This document shows positions 33,931 to 44,550 of a stretch of 64,000 nt of DNA, piece after piece. The notes under the pieces are model-generated. The model made no database searches. It was not told the origin of the DNA and saw nothing but the letters and a program-made list of their open reading frames with translations. A program made the position numbers and the translations under genes. Source of the DNA: an uncultured Methanosarcinaceae archaeon (GTDB lineage: Archaea > Halobacteriota > Methanosarcinia > Methanosarcinales > Methanosarcinaceae); the NCBI GenBank assembly GCA_963721455.1, contig CAVRJG010000044.1, forward strand, positions 1 through 64,000, given 5' to 3'. Positions within the stretch are counted from its first letter, which is position 1; each line of letters opens with the position of its first letter.

Positions 33931-35880
33931 TTATTCCTCCGTGTATTTTCTTATGTATCCGAATGGGTTGAATTTTTTGCCCCCGCCTTCATAGAATTTT
34001 CCGAAGAATTCTACATACTGCAACCTGAGTGCGTGCAGTCCGGGAGCGATAATACTCAAGACAGTGTTAAGACCATGTCCGAGTATAAATACGATTATTG
34101 CAGCTACTGCTGCGAAGCCGATCTTGGAGTGATCAGCCCAAATCATTCCGAAAGCAATATCATTGACCGTACCTGCGATGTAAATCGAAGACAGACCGAC
34201 TGCGATAATACGGGCATATGAGAGTGCATTACCCATAAGGGATGGCAACTCGATCGGACCTTTGATACCTTCACCCATGGTAAGCATCACGATTCCGAGA
34301 ACAAGAACACCAGCACCAACATAAGTGAGCACTGAATTGCCGCCAAAATAGCCTAGAGCTGCAATGACTGCACCAAGTTCGATAATGATCCAACTGCCTT
34401 TTTCAAGAACTGCATGTTTCATTCCGTGGTGCCTGGAGATGTTTGAAAATCCAAGCAAGAACCCGTAATTTAAATGAAGCAGTCCTACTAAGACACTTAC
34501 TCCAATCATAGTCATTACCATGTGAGTCCTGTGAATTGGGAAAGTAAATTCCTCGCCTCCGATACCCTCAAAGAGAGTGATAGTTTCCCAACCTGGAATC
34601 AGGCCTGGCAATACTCCATGCGCTGTATGCAGACTCGCGAGTGAGAATCCCAGGAACTCACCATAAATAACTCCAAAGATAAGTGTTGATATCTGACAAT
34701 AGATTAGAATATCCATGAGAGGCTTCACTGCATCTGACTTTACTGCCGTTCTGATAGCCAGCGCAATTGCTCCCAGTATCAATGCATATCCGATGTCTCC
34801 GAGAATCAGCCCATAGATCAGCGGGAAAGTAATAAAGATCGCTGAAGATGGATCAATTTCAGTATACTTGGGCCTGGAATACAGGTCCATGATCTGCTGC
34901 ATCGGTGCCACTATTTTAGAGTTATTGTATTCGACAGGGGTATGCTCTTCTTCCTCTTCATGAACTTCGAGGCTGGTAACGTATGCCTTGCCGTTAGTGG
35001 CACTGTTAACTATACCGACAACCTTATCATAATCTTCAGATGGAGTCCAGCCGTCGATTACAAATGCGTTTGCAGATGTAGCTATTCTAAGAGGCAGTTC
35101 TGCTTTCTGACTCTCGATGCTCAGGACCTCGTCGCTGGCAAGGATAAAATCGGCGTACTTGACTTTCAAGGAGTCGATCTCAGCCTTTAAGGATTCGATC
35201 CTCTTAGTGACTTCGGCTTCTTTTTGTTCGATAAATCTTAACAGCTCGCTTGGGACACCACCTCGTTCCGGAACTCTAAGTTCTTTGAATCCAAGACCCT
35301 GAAGTAATTCGTTGACTTTGTCGGCATCGTTTTTGGCTACAAACAGTACAACAGCTTTTGATTGAGGGTCAAAGTACAGTTCGTAAGCTTTGGTGATGCT
35401 TGAAATCTGACTTTCTTCCAGGCTGCCTTTAACATTGCCCGCGAAAACCTTGAGGCTCTCGTAGCCACGGTAATAATCGAAGTCAAGACTGATGGACAGA
35501 TAAGGCAGGATTTCCTTTTTCTGGGAATCCAGGTCTTTCAGTTCAATTTCAAGCTTGGAAATTGTTTCTGTTTTAGCAGAAATTGTCCTGTCCAATTCAT
35601 TCAGCTTCGAGTCGAGGTCGCGCAGAACAGAGTCAGCTTTCTGAACTACCGGTTTTTTGCTTTCAATCCCCAAATAATTGGCGATGGAGCGGATCTTCAC
35701 AAGCTTTTTCGAGGCTTCTTCTGCGTTAGTAAATGGCTTGCTGATCTTAAAACCAGACTCGTCTTCAACAAAATCTTCAATATGAAAGAGATTAGTATCA
35801 TGCAATGCATCGATGGTTTCTTTTAAAATGCTTTTGTGCCCGACAATGACAGCCCTTGTCATCTCCTTAGGTCTACTCAT
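33931..35880 (-). CDS. atpI: A1Ao ATP synthase subunit I (a)
   Basis: [28 protein letters not shown]. Confidence 0.95.
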   Translation of the reverse strand: MSRPKEMTRAVIVGHKSILKETIDALHDTNLFHIEDFVEDESGFKISKPFTNAEEASKKLVKIRSIANYLGIESKKPVVQKADSVLRDLDSKLNELDRTISAKTETISKLEIELKDLDSQKKEILPYLSISLDFDYYRGYESLKVFAGNVKGSLEESQISSITKAYELYFDPQSKAVVLFVAKNDADKVNELLQGLGFKELRVPERGGVPSELLRFIEQKEAEVTKRIESLKAEIDSLKVKYADFILASDEVLSIESQKAELPLRIATSANAFVIDGWTPSEDYDKVVGIVNSATNGKAYVTSLEVHEEEEEHTPVEYNNSKIVAPMQQIMDLYSRPKYTEIDPSSAIFITFPLIYGLILGDIGYALILGAIALAIRTAVKSDAVKPLMDILIYCQISTLIFGVIYGEFLGFSLASLHTAHGVLPGLIPGWETITLFEGIGGEEFTFPIHRTHMVMTMIGVSVLVGLLHLNYGFLLGFSNISRHHGMKHAVLEKGSWIIIELGAVIAALGYFGGNSVLTYVGAGVLVLGIVMLTMGEGIKGPIELPSLMGNALSYARIIAVGLSSIYIAGTVNDIAFGMIWADHSKIGFAAVAAIIVFILGHGLNTVLSIIAPGLHALRLQYVEFFGKFYEGGGKKFNPFGYIRKYTEE

Positions 35881-36202
35881 TAAGGACCGCCCTCTCAAAC
35901 TCCTGTACAAGGTAATTGACGGATTTGTCTATGTTAGCTTGAGCTTTTTGGGACATGGCTAATGCGTTTTTTTCACCATCGTTGACGATCTTATCTCTTT
36001 CCTCCAGGATCTTTTTTTCACCTTCTTTAAAAGAGTCTTGTGCAGCTTTATGTGCATCGACATCGGCCTGTTTCAGGATTTCCCTGGCTTCGGCCCGAGC
36101 ATCGGAGATGCGCTTGTTTTTAGCGTCAATGGCACCGTCAACCATTGCCTTAGCGCTCTCTTCTGCTTTTTTTATTTCAGATAAGATTTCATTTTTAGCC
36201 AT
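35873..36202 (-). CDS. atpH: A1Ao ATP synthase subunit H
   Basis: [10 protein letters not shown] coiled coil; first gene of the operon. Confidence 0.9.
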   Translation of the reverse strand: MAKNEILSEIKKAEESAKAMVDGAIDAKNKRISDARAEAREILKQADVDAHKAAQDSFKEGEKKILEERDKIVNDGEKNALAMSQKAQANIDKSVNYLVQEFERAVLNE

Positions 36203-36958
36203 GTGAATCTCCGTCTCTCAAAATTTAATATATAAATTAATAATTAAAAATCCCTACTCCAATGGAGGTAGTTAACAAATCCTTCGTGATAGAACTATAT
36301 AACAGCTTCGGTTTTATCAAGGAAGATATAAATTATTGTAATGAATGATCATTATATATAGAAGGTGTAAGAATTTTTTAAGAAAATGACTAATATAAAT
36401 AGCAAAATATTTGAATTAAATCCAAAAGATTAAATATAACAGTAAAAATTAATTAAATACAAACTGTAGAATATAATTAAGTGATGAGAAGTTGCCTGAA
36501 TACTATCAAAAAATAAATTGTAGAGCGTAACCCCAATTATCATGGATGAGATTTGTAAAATGGCCATAAAACTTATTAAATATAATTAAAAAAATATATA
36601 CTGTTGTTTTGCTGGAAAACATGTAAATTACTTTTTTTGTAAAAAGAAAGAATTTAAGAGCTATTTTAGGCAGGAAATAAGAGGAGTTCAGTTACCCCCC
36701 GCGCGAAAATTTTTCATCTGATAAGCCTAATTTTGAGGAATTTAACCTTGTTAAAAGTCAACTCTCTTAAAACAGACTCTTGCCTATTCTCCGATAGGAT
36801 ACAGACCCGGTATGCAGACTCTGGTATGCAACTTTCAGATTGGAACTCCAGTCCGTTTCCAGTTAAAAAAAGAGGTATTTTGAAAAAAAGCCCTGAAAAA
36901 TGGCTCATTCTGCAGGCCAATAATTAAAAAAATGGAATGAAAAATAACATAAAATTTG

Positions 36959-38137
36959 TTACTTAAGTCTGTAAGGAATTTTTGCGCCCTGAGGAATTGT
37001 ATGAATGTATTTCTTCCGGAAATCAGGGTTGCGCATCATACAATAGGCAGTATCCTTTTTATATTCGCTGTGCTTGCCCATACGCTTCCAGATAGCTTCC
37101 AGAGGTTCTTCACAAATATTTCCAAAGGAGAGTGGAGTATAGGCACAGGGCATCACTTCTCCGTCAGAAGCAACATGCATCCAGCGTCTGCCCGCAAAGC
37201 ACCCAAAAAGGCTGGGGCCCATAAAATATGGAAAAGCGGTGACTCTGGGACCTTCAGGTTTACAATTCATTGCTTTCTGGAATTTCTCAAGCCTGTATAC
37301 ATCTTTTTCCCCTATTACCTCATCCTCGTGGTCAAGCCAGCGGCCGACTGCAATGATTTCATAGATAGAGAGTTCGTGCATACCAAGATCAGCCGCAAGG
37401 TTGTAAAATTCCTCAAGATCATCGATATTATGAGGGGAAACAACCACAAACATATCGGTAAGGATTCCTGCAGCACTCGCATTCTTGATTCCAGCGACTG
37501 CATCCCTGTATGCACCACTTCTCCCCCGAATGCGGTCATGCTCCGCTTCGAAGGGGCTGTCCATGCTGATTCTTGAGGCATACAGGCCCGCGGCTTTAAG
37601 CTCCCTTGCCCTTTCTTCGGAAAGCCTGAATCCTGAGGTAAAACAGGTGGCAATTGCCCTGGATTTATCCACTCTGGCTACCATCTCAACGAGATCATCT
37701 CGGAGCATTGTCTCCCCGCCATCGAAAGAAACAAGGTAAGCACCAAGGTCCAGGCTCTGGTCCACAGCATTGGAAATCTCATCCAGGGTCAGTTCTTTCT
37801 CCGGTTTAATATCGGCTGCTCCGCAATGAATACAGCGGTTGGGACAGCGGGCAGTAATCCCTATTGAGAACTGATCCGGAACTCTTTTTTTCCTGATGGC
37901 TGCAATCTCAGCGCCTACTACCCGGCTGAAAACAGGCCCCGGAATAGGTGGGATCCATGTAGAGAAAATAATCTCATTCTCATTTATTGAGATTGGTTTT
38001 TCTTCCGCAAAGATATTATTTATGCGCTTCAGGAAGGGTTTTGCAAGCTGGGAAAGAGGACCTTCCGCATCGAGCACCATTTTTTCGTTTTCTGTACTGG
38101 CATTTACCTTAAGCACCGGACTATCATATACTCGCAT
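36959..38137 (-). CDS. Radical SAM / SPASM-twitch protein
   Basis: CPNRCIHC; GGET; GCFAGRRW...GEVMPC. Confidence 0.9.
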   Translation of the reverse strand: MRVYDSPVLKVNASTENEKMVLDAEGPLSQLAKPFLKRINNIFAEEKPISINENEIIFSTWIPPIPGPVFSRVVGAEIAAIRKKRVPDQFSIGITARCPNRCIHCGAADIKPEKELTLDEISNAVDQSLDLGAYLVSFDGGETMLRDDLVEMVARVDKSRAIATCFTSGFRLSEERARELKAAGLYASRISMDSPFEAEHDRIRGRSGAYRDAVAGIKNASAAGILTDMFVVVSPHNIDDLEEFYNLAADLGMHELSIYEIIAVGRWLDHEDEVIGEKDVYRLEKFQKAMNCKPEGPRVTAFPYFMGPSLFGCFAGRRWMHVASDGEVMPCAYTPLSFGNICEEPLEAIWKRMGKHSEYKKDTAYCMMRNPDFRKKYIHTIPQGAKIPYRLK

Positions 38138-38275
38138 GGATACACCTGGCAAATTTAGTGGCAAAAGTTGAAAAACTTGTTACGTTAAATAAAAACTAAA
38201 TGATATCATTTTCCCATTTTATATACATGGGATTCGGCAGAATTCCAGTTCATTTTTAAGGAGGAGCTGAAAGTA

Positions 38276-39133
38276 TTAGACATTTTCAAGCATATCGACA
38301 GTTATATAATCGGTAATCTGGAAAAGCTTATCCCTTGCCGGACATGCTTTGAATGTCAGAAGGGTCTCTTTTGCGGCATTAACGTGCAGTTTTACTGCAT
38401 CTACAGACTTTTGTATTGCTTCTTCCTTTGACATGTCCTTCATGTAAACGTGCGGCAGAGTTTCAGATGTGAATTTTGATTCCTTGCCTTCGACCACTTC
38501 CAGAAATTCAAGAAGGTCGTCAACAATCTGGTATGCAGTTCCCAGGGAATTCCCAAAGACGTTAAAACGCCCGGCCAGGGCTTCATCAGCCCCTCCCGTA
38601 TATGCCCCTATGGAAGCACTGATCGCAAACAGAGAGGCCGTTTTCTTGTAAATGCACTCGAAATAGTTGCTTTCCCCTAAATTATCCTTATCAAGCCTCA
38701 GGTCAAGGACTTCTCCTTCAGCCATATCCATCGCGGCGTTTCCGAAATCCCGAACTACTCTTTCCCCATACGGAGAGATGAACTCAATGGACTTTGCAAT
38801 GAGATAGTCCCCACAAAGAAGCGCCTTCGACGGGCCAAATTTCTCAGGGGCGGAAGGCAGGTTTCTTCTGAGAAGTCCCTGATCCAGCAGGTCATCATGG
38901 ATGAGGGAAGCAGAATGCATCATTTCAATAGCGAGGGCTGCATCCAGGCTCTGATAATACGAGCCTGAGCAGATCTCACTGGACAGAAGGAGAATAATTG
39001 GTCTGATTCTCTTTCCTCCAGTATTACAGACATGTTCCACCATTTTTTTTAAGCTGGGTTCCTCCATTTGAGCAATGAAGGTATTTATCCCGAATTCAAC
39101 ATATCTGTATTCTTCCCACTCTTCAATATTCAT
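38276..39133 (-). CDS. Polyprenyl (geranylfarnesyl/geranylgeranyl) diphosphate synthase
   Basis: GGKRIRP, LIHDDLLD..RR, KKTASLF, YQIVDDLLE. Confidence 0.92.
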   Translation of the reverse strand: MNIEEWEEYRYVEFGINTFIAQMEEPSLKKMVEHVCNTGGKRIRPIILLLSSEICSGSYYQSLDAALAIEMMHSASLIHDDLLDQGLLRRNLPSAPEKFGPSKALLCGDYLIAKSIEFISPYGERVVRDFGNAAMDMAEGEVLDLRLDKDNLGESNYFECIYKKTASLFAISASIGAYTGGADEALAGRFNVFGNSLGTAYQIVDDLLEFLEVVEGKESKFTSETLPHVYMKDMSKEEAIQKSVDAVKLHVNAAKETLLTFKACPARDKLFQITDYITVDMLENV

Positions 39134-39138
39134 CAATA

Positions 39139-39517
39139 TTACTCCATGTACTTGGGCAGGCATCAGGCATCAGGCAACGATCTTGTTCGCCTCAAACGTA
39201 GATTCAGAAACCCGGTTCCGATAATACTTATCTGTTTTCCTTCTGCAAGGTTGAAGGGAAGGTTGCCTGCATATTCTAAATGAACTTTCAATTTCTCATC
39301 GTTTTCGTCCCTGAGTTCAAAAACTGTCAGTTTGAGGGCTACCTCAAGGCTTCCATATTAATATTTCCCATCGAATTTACCTGTTGCCCGATATGGATCT
39401 GGGACCACATAGAAGTTCAGATAGTTCAAGACAACCATCCGAAGAGCCAATGCCATACAGGCCTATAAAGAATACGCCAGCAGTAAAAGAAAGTGCAAGC
39501 AGTGTATTCTTTTGCAT
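39139..39517 (-). pseudogene. ccmE: Degraded cytochrome c maturation heme chaperone CcmE
   Basis: Pieces in three frames: N-terminal TM MQKNTLLALSFTAGVFFIGLYG, IGQQVNSMG, VHLEYAGNLPFNLAEGKQISI, STFEANKIVA*, and a broken CxxKY end (TGATGCC duplication). Confidence 0.7.
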
Positions 39518-39545
39518 TCGTCTAAAACTCCGTATAACGCGATCA

Positions 39546-39659
39546 TTACATTAACTTTTTGTTAAGCTCTGAATATTTTATTAGCAACGAAAGGAGATAT
39601 GCAAAAATTAGGAGCCAGCCGATTGTAAACGCCAGAATAAGGAGTTCAATGTGAACCAT
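39546..39659 (-). CDS. Small CcmD-like membrane protein (37 aa)
   Basis: MVHIELLILAFTIGWLLIFAYLLSLLIKYSELNKKLM*, directly upstream of the ccmE remnant. Confidence 0.55.
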   Translation of the reverse strand: MVHIELLILAFTIGWLLIFAYLLSLLIKYSELNKKLM

Positions 39660-40559
39660 CTCAGGATCAAACTATTTTTTCAGGCATCGCTTTGAATCCA
39701 GAGCGGATAAGAGGAGGATCTTTTAGAGAACTTAGATCCAGTCCTGTATAAGAGATATTTATCCCTTATCAGAGAAATAAATTGCCGGCAGAAAACAGGG
39801 TTATAAGAGATGCACCCTTAACAGTAAAAAATATTAGTATTAATATCGTCCTTGAGATGAAAAGATTATTTTTACAGTTATAGTGTTATATTCCTTCAAA
39901 TGTCAAACTGGAATATTTTCGAAGGATAGACACAGAAAAAAGGTATTTTTTTTTTGAAAAAGTAATAAAACAGAGGGAATTTCACAAAAATCCGCTTTTA
40001 ACAGGATTAAAAAATAATATTGTTGAAGGTATATTCAAAAAGTAATACTCGAGAATATATGTGTTAAAAAATCAGTTTTAAATGAAAAAGAGAGTTGACA
40101 ATATGATAAAATTTCCTATATAAAATTAATGTATATAACGAATGGAAGATAATCTTTGTATTGGAGATAATCTTTAGATCTTTGTAACTTCTGCACTCGT
40201 TACATCCAGATTGACATATTGATCATATCTAGCTCTAACCCCTCATTGTATAGTTTTGAACTGATTCTACACTAGCTCACCCAATTTCCATAATCACGAA
40301 AAACACGGACTGTGCAGAGAAACTTACTCCAGATTCCGCAACCCCGAAAAACATGGAAATCACGGAACTGTAATTTCGTGAATAAGTCCTTTCAGTTAGT
40401 CCTCTAGAGCGCAGCGAGAAGGACACCGTGCTGTTGCGATTACATCGCAACTCCCAGAAAATCTCCGATTTCCTGTGATCCCGAAGCGGAACTCGGGTGG
40501 CGCAACGATAAGAGCGAAAAGAATATATATAACAAATACCACTAGATGTGTTACAGTTC

Positions 40560-40631
40560 GCGTTGATGGTCTAGTGGCTATGACTTGGGCCTTCCAAGCC
40601 CAAAACCCGGGTTCGAATCCCGGTCGGCGCA
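40560..40631 (+). tRNA. tRNA-Gly(TCC)
   Basis: Cloverleaf; anticodon arm TGGGC-CTTCCAA-GCCCA; GGTTCGAATCC T arm. Confidence 0.95.
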
Positions 40632-40704
40632 TTTAATAGTTCTCAAATAAAAAATATAAGCTTTTCTTTTCTTATTTTTATATCAAATAAAAACCAACAT
40701 CAGT

Positions 40705-40789
40705 GCGAGGGTTGCCCAGCCAGGTCAAAGGCGATGGGCTTAGGACCCATTTTCGTAGGAATTCGTGCGTTCAAATCGCACCCCTCGCA
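40705..40789 (+). tRNA. tRNA-Leu(TAG)
   Basis: GCGAGGG/CCCTCGC acceptor stem, ATGGG-CTTAGGA-CCCAT anticodon arm, long variable arm. Confidence 0.95.
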
Positions 40790-40944
40790 TTTATTTTACA
40801 GCATGCTTACCTCAAAATTTTCATTCCACTTTCCCCACTTTCTTTGCAACATCTGTCCGGTAAGTAACATCAATCTGGAGGAGAATTTCCAGTAGCAGAA
40901 AAATTAGTTCCAAATTATATGATTAAGCATTTATTTGTATAATT

Positions 40945-41075
40945 GAACTGACCCCATAACTCAAAATTGTTTCTCTGAATCTCGTATTCTGAATAATTAA
41001 TCAAGGTTTCTGATCATGAGAATTATTTCTGAAACTCTTACTGATTGAGAATAAAATTGTTTTTGGGATGAGCTC
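40945..41075. mobile_element. MITE-like element (GAGCTYATCCCAAAA-end family), degenerate
   Basis: Ends GAACTGACCCCATAA / TTTTGGGATGAGCTC; interior similar to 53348-53475. Confidence 0.6.
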
Positions 41076-41146
41076 TATTTATAAAAAATTATAAAAATTG
41101 CTCCTAAAATCAGAAATTCATCGAAATTATCCATTTTTACTTTTCA

Positions 41147-42697
41147 TCAAACCTTTTGAGAGACAGAAGTGCCTCTTTGTCCTGCAATATACCTCTCTGA
41201 ATCTGTGTATTCGATAAGTTTTCCATCCTCCAGTACGGATATTGAACCATGCCCACAGCAGACCAGGCATTTTTTACCTTTTTCGGCGAGTTCTCCGTCA
41301 ATCTCGGAGATGAGGGAAAGGAGGGCATTTCGCTCTTCCCGGGCAAGCTTGCTATCAACATTTACAGAGGTCATAAGGTAATCAGCCAGAACATTATATT
41401 CTGTCCTATCAGGGCTCAAGCTTCTGAAATTGATCACCGCGTCCTCAGGAAAAACCAGCCCCTCTTCAGGGCAGAGATAGAAAATTTCTCCATGCATATG
41501 TCCGCCCAGCCCTGCAAGGGCTTCAAAGTCAAGGCTTCCGATCTTAAATCGAGCAATGACAGGAAATGAACCTCGCTTTTCGATTGATTCGCCTGACCGG
41601 GAAATTTCGGGAAAGAGCACTATATTTGAAGGGGGAGTAAACCTGGAAAAAAGGTTAATTATCTTCGTATAAACCTCTTCCAGAATACAACCCTGGTTGC
41701 TGGATCCATAGGCTCTGCTGGTTTCCCGCGTAACCATAAAAGTTTCGCGATTAAGATAGGATGGGACCGGAAAACAGCCTGCAGCCCCACAGTGATCGGC
41801 ATCAGCGTGAGTAATATAAATCCTGCTAAGCCGGCTTAAATCCCCAAGCCCGTAATGCTGGAGCATATTCACGACGTCCTGGTAATAGATCCCATAACCG
41901 GTATCAATCATGACTCTTTCGGAAGGAGTATCGAAGAAATAGATATTTCCACCGCAGGGAAGCTGAAAACAGAAGAGCTCGGTATCGTCTTTTACTCTGA
42001 CCCTCTGTACATCAGCGTAAAAATTCTCTCCCGACGTCCGGTTAAGGCAATCGCCGACTTTCAGAATACTTTCGAAAACCTCGATAGGGTCTTTCCGAAG
42101 GTTCGAAAGTTCCTGAGCAATATGGTTAATATCTTGCAGGAACCTCATCAAAAAAGCATCTTCAGCACTTCCAATGAATGACCTGAGTCTCTGAGCCAAC
42201 CGAAGATAAAATACCGTATCGTCAAGTTTCTCCCCGGTAGTATCGTACTCCAGAATCTCGAGCCTGTAGCCGGACTTGAGCTGGTTCAGAAGGGCATCTA
42301 TCATGTCGGTATTTTCGATATTAAGGCCTACCACAAGCCTTTCAGGATGCTGTCCCCGGTCATCAAAATCAAGAAAAGTAATGTTTGCCGTCGACGAGGT
42401 TATAGAATTCAGGAAATCAAATAAAGCCCCTGGACGGTTCGGTAGATAGACATAGAACTTCAGGAAAGCTATGGGCTGCAGGAAAGTCTGGAAATAACCT
42501 ATTTTCTCCAGTTCTTCACGGATTTTTTCATAAGCCTGGGAAACAGCAGTCACCTCAAAAAAGACGGTATGCCTGTCGATCCTGCGGTCATACTGAATCC
42601 TGTTAATGTTTCCTTCGTGCCGCGTGATAATTTCGGCTGCCCTGTGCAATGCTCCGGGTCTGTCAGGCATGCAGGCAATAAAAGAGAACTGTTCCAT
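41147..42697 (-). CDS. ACT-domain + metallo-beta-lactamase-fold protein
   Basis: DRPGAL and NRPGAL ACT motifs; IDTG; THADADHCG. Confidence 0.88.
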   Translation of the reverse strand: MEQFSFIACMPDRPGALHRAAEIITRHEGNINRIQYDRRIDRHTVFFEVTAVSQAYEKIREELEKIGYFQTFLQPIAFLKFYVYLPNRPGALFDFLNSITSSTANITFLDFDDRGQHPERLVVGLNIENTDMIDALLNQLKSGYRLEILEYDTTGEKLDDTVFYLRLAQRLRSFIGSAEDAFLMRFLQDINHIAQELSNLRKDPIEVFESILKVGDCLNRTSGENFYADVQRVRVKDDTELFCFQLPCGGNIYFFDTPSERVMIDTGYGIYYQDVVNMLQHYGLGDLSRLSRIYITHADADHCGAAGCFPVPSYLNRETFMVTRETSRAYGSSNQGCILEEVYTKIINLFSRFTPPSNIVLFPEISRSGESIEKRGSFPVIARFKIGSLDFEALAGLGGHMHGEIFYLCPEEGLVFPEDAVINFRSLSPDRTEYNVLADYLMTSVNVDSKLAREERNALLSLISEIDGELAEKGKKCLVCCGHGSISVLEDGKLIEYTDSERYIAGQRGTSVSQKV

Positions 42698-42826
42698 TAG
42701 ACATCCCCTGATCAAATAAACCAATTTTTGATAAGTTCGATAATTTTGATAAGTTAGATAAAATCCTGTTTTACCTTAAGCTTTCCTGTTAGTACCAGAG
42801 AAAAAAGAGGTTTAAGACTGGAAGGT

Positions 42827-43306
42827 TTAAAGTTCAAGCACAAGGGCAGAAAGCCCCAGAGCTTCAAAAGCTTCGTTGATCTCAGGAAAAGGATTTTCCT
42901 TTCGGTAAAAAAGATGAGAATTACAGGCACAATCCGTACACCCGAAGCCGGATACCGAATCCCTTCCTATCCTGCTGGCAAGCGCACATTCAAGCCTGGC
43001 AGAAGTAAAGGCATAGACTGCCGAGACCAGCCTGAAAGAAGGGTTCAGATGAAGATAATCTACATGCCATCTGGGATTCCGGTCTCTGTTTCGGGAAAGA
43101 TTAATGTGCCTTTTCACCCTTTTCAAGCCCCCTGAGCCGAGAGCTGAACCCACGTATATATGAAAGCCTGCATGGAACGAGAACTCACCTTTTTTTCCGA
43201 TCTCAAGTTTACAGGCACGGTTCTCGAATATCAGACAGTAAACGCCTTTTTTGGAAAAAGTATCTTGTTCGGAATAAACATCTTGTTCTGAAAAATCCAT
43301 TTTCAA
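42827..43306 (-). CDS. DUF123 / GIY-YIG (Uri) family protein
   Basis: KGVYCL, YVGSALG, RWHVDYL, FGCTDCACNSHL. Confidence 0.85.
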   Translation of the reverse strand: MKMDFSEQDVYSEQDTFSKKGVYCLIFENRACKLEIGKKGEFSFHAGFHIYVGSALGSGGLKRVKRHINLSRNRDRNPRWHVDYLHLNPSFRLVSAVYAFTSARLECALASRIGRDSVSGFGCTDCACNSHLFYRKENPFPEINEAFEALGLSALVLEL

Positions 43307-44271
43307 GACCTCAATGTAGTTCCTGAAACCTGAAAGTACTTTTCAAGCAGAGGCCCAACAATTCCCTCCAGTTTTTCCTTCTCCTTAAGTGCTTCAACCC
43401 AGGAAACGGGTATGGCTTCAATTCCCAGCCTGGCTCCAAGAATGCCCCCTGCCACACTTGCAACCGAGTCAGAGTCCCCGGTAATATTCACTGCGGTCTG
43501 CACTGCTTTTTTGTAGTCTTTCGGATAACGCAAAGTGCAGAAGTATGCAAGGGCAAAGGTTTCATCCGCATACCAGCCCTGCCCGAGTTTCTTCAGCGCC
43601 TCTCCATCCCCCATGCCACTGTGAGAGATTTCATAAGAAACTTCCAGGGCGTCAGTGAATTCCTGAGAGATTCCTTCGGTTACCTCAAGAAGAGGTTCAA
43701 GCATTTTCTCGGGTTCCACTCCATCAAGGGCCAGTTTCACTGCATATGCCCCTGCAATAGACGCAGCGTCTGAAACCGGATGAGAGTGAGTAATTCTGCC
43801 TGAAATCAAAGCAACTTTAACCAGTTTTTGAGGGTCATTCCGATAAATAAAACCGAGGATTCCAGCCCGCATGAGGCTTCCGCAGGTTTTAGAGCTGATT
43901 CCGGATTTGCTCCAGTGAATCCCATCCTTAAGACTCAGGGCTGCCCCTCTGGTAGTTGCTCCTGCACCCAGGTCAGGCTCGTCCAGCCAGAGAATCAGTT
44001 CCTCTGCTATCTTGCCCATAAGCTCGGGAAGTTCAAGTTCTGCTCCTCGAAGCAGGCCTCTGGCAAGTACAAGCATCAACTGGGTATCATCAGTCCAGGG
44101 AGAATCAGGCGGGAGTTCAAGGATTCCTTTTTCTCCGTATTTCTTTTTGATCTGTTCAAGAGTCAGATGCTCTACAGGGCGCCCGAGGGCATCCGCACAT
44201 GCGGTGCCGAAGAGGTAGCCGCGAAGCTTGCTTTCAAGATCCGGAGTAGCTTGGATATTTCCTGTACTCAT
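43303..44271 (-). CDS. ADP-ribosylglycohydrolase family protein
   Basis: DALG, WTDDT, GSLMR, THSH, GDSDSVASVAG. Confidence 0.92.
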   Translation of the reverse strand: MSTGNIQATPDLESKLRGYLFGTACADALGRPVEHLTLEQIKKKYGEKGILELPPDSPWTDDTQLMLVLARGLLRGAELELPELMGKIAEELILWLDEPDLGAGATTRGAALSLKDGIHWSKSGISSKTCGSLMRAGILGFIYRNDPQKLVKVALISGRITHSHPVSDAASIAGAYAVKLALDGVEPEKMLEPLLEVTEGISQEFTDALEVSYEISHSGMGDGEALKKLGQGWYADETFALAYFCTLRYPKDYKKAVQTAVNITGDSDSVASVAGGILGARLGIEAIPVSWVEALKEKEKLEGIVGPLLEKYFQVSGTTLRS

Positions 44272-44550
44272 TGTTTCAATTCCATAACTCAATGAGAAAT
44301 GCAATTATTCAGGTATAATTAAGTTTACTCATATAGGGTTGAATTTTAGAATGATATTAAATTATTGATTAGCAGTAGAGGAAGACCAATAAAGTAGATT
44401 GGAGAGAGTTTAAAAAGAAAAGTTCAATAGAAAGGATCTTTAGCTGGATAGAGTCATGTAAAAAAGTATTTTCTAAATATGAAGTCAAAGACAGATCATA
44501 CATAGGAGTTGTAATCTTAGGGCTCGTAACGAAATAACCTAAGTAACACA

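Noticed and set aside
36959-38137. Radical SAM/SPASM protein as maturase for the Cys-rich peptides
   Set aside because: It is 8 kb away, in a housekeeping context next to the prenyl synthase and ATP synthase, with no visible link. Action in trans cannot be excluded.
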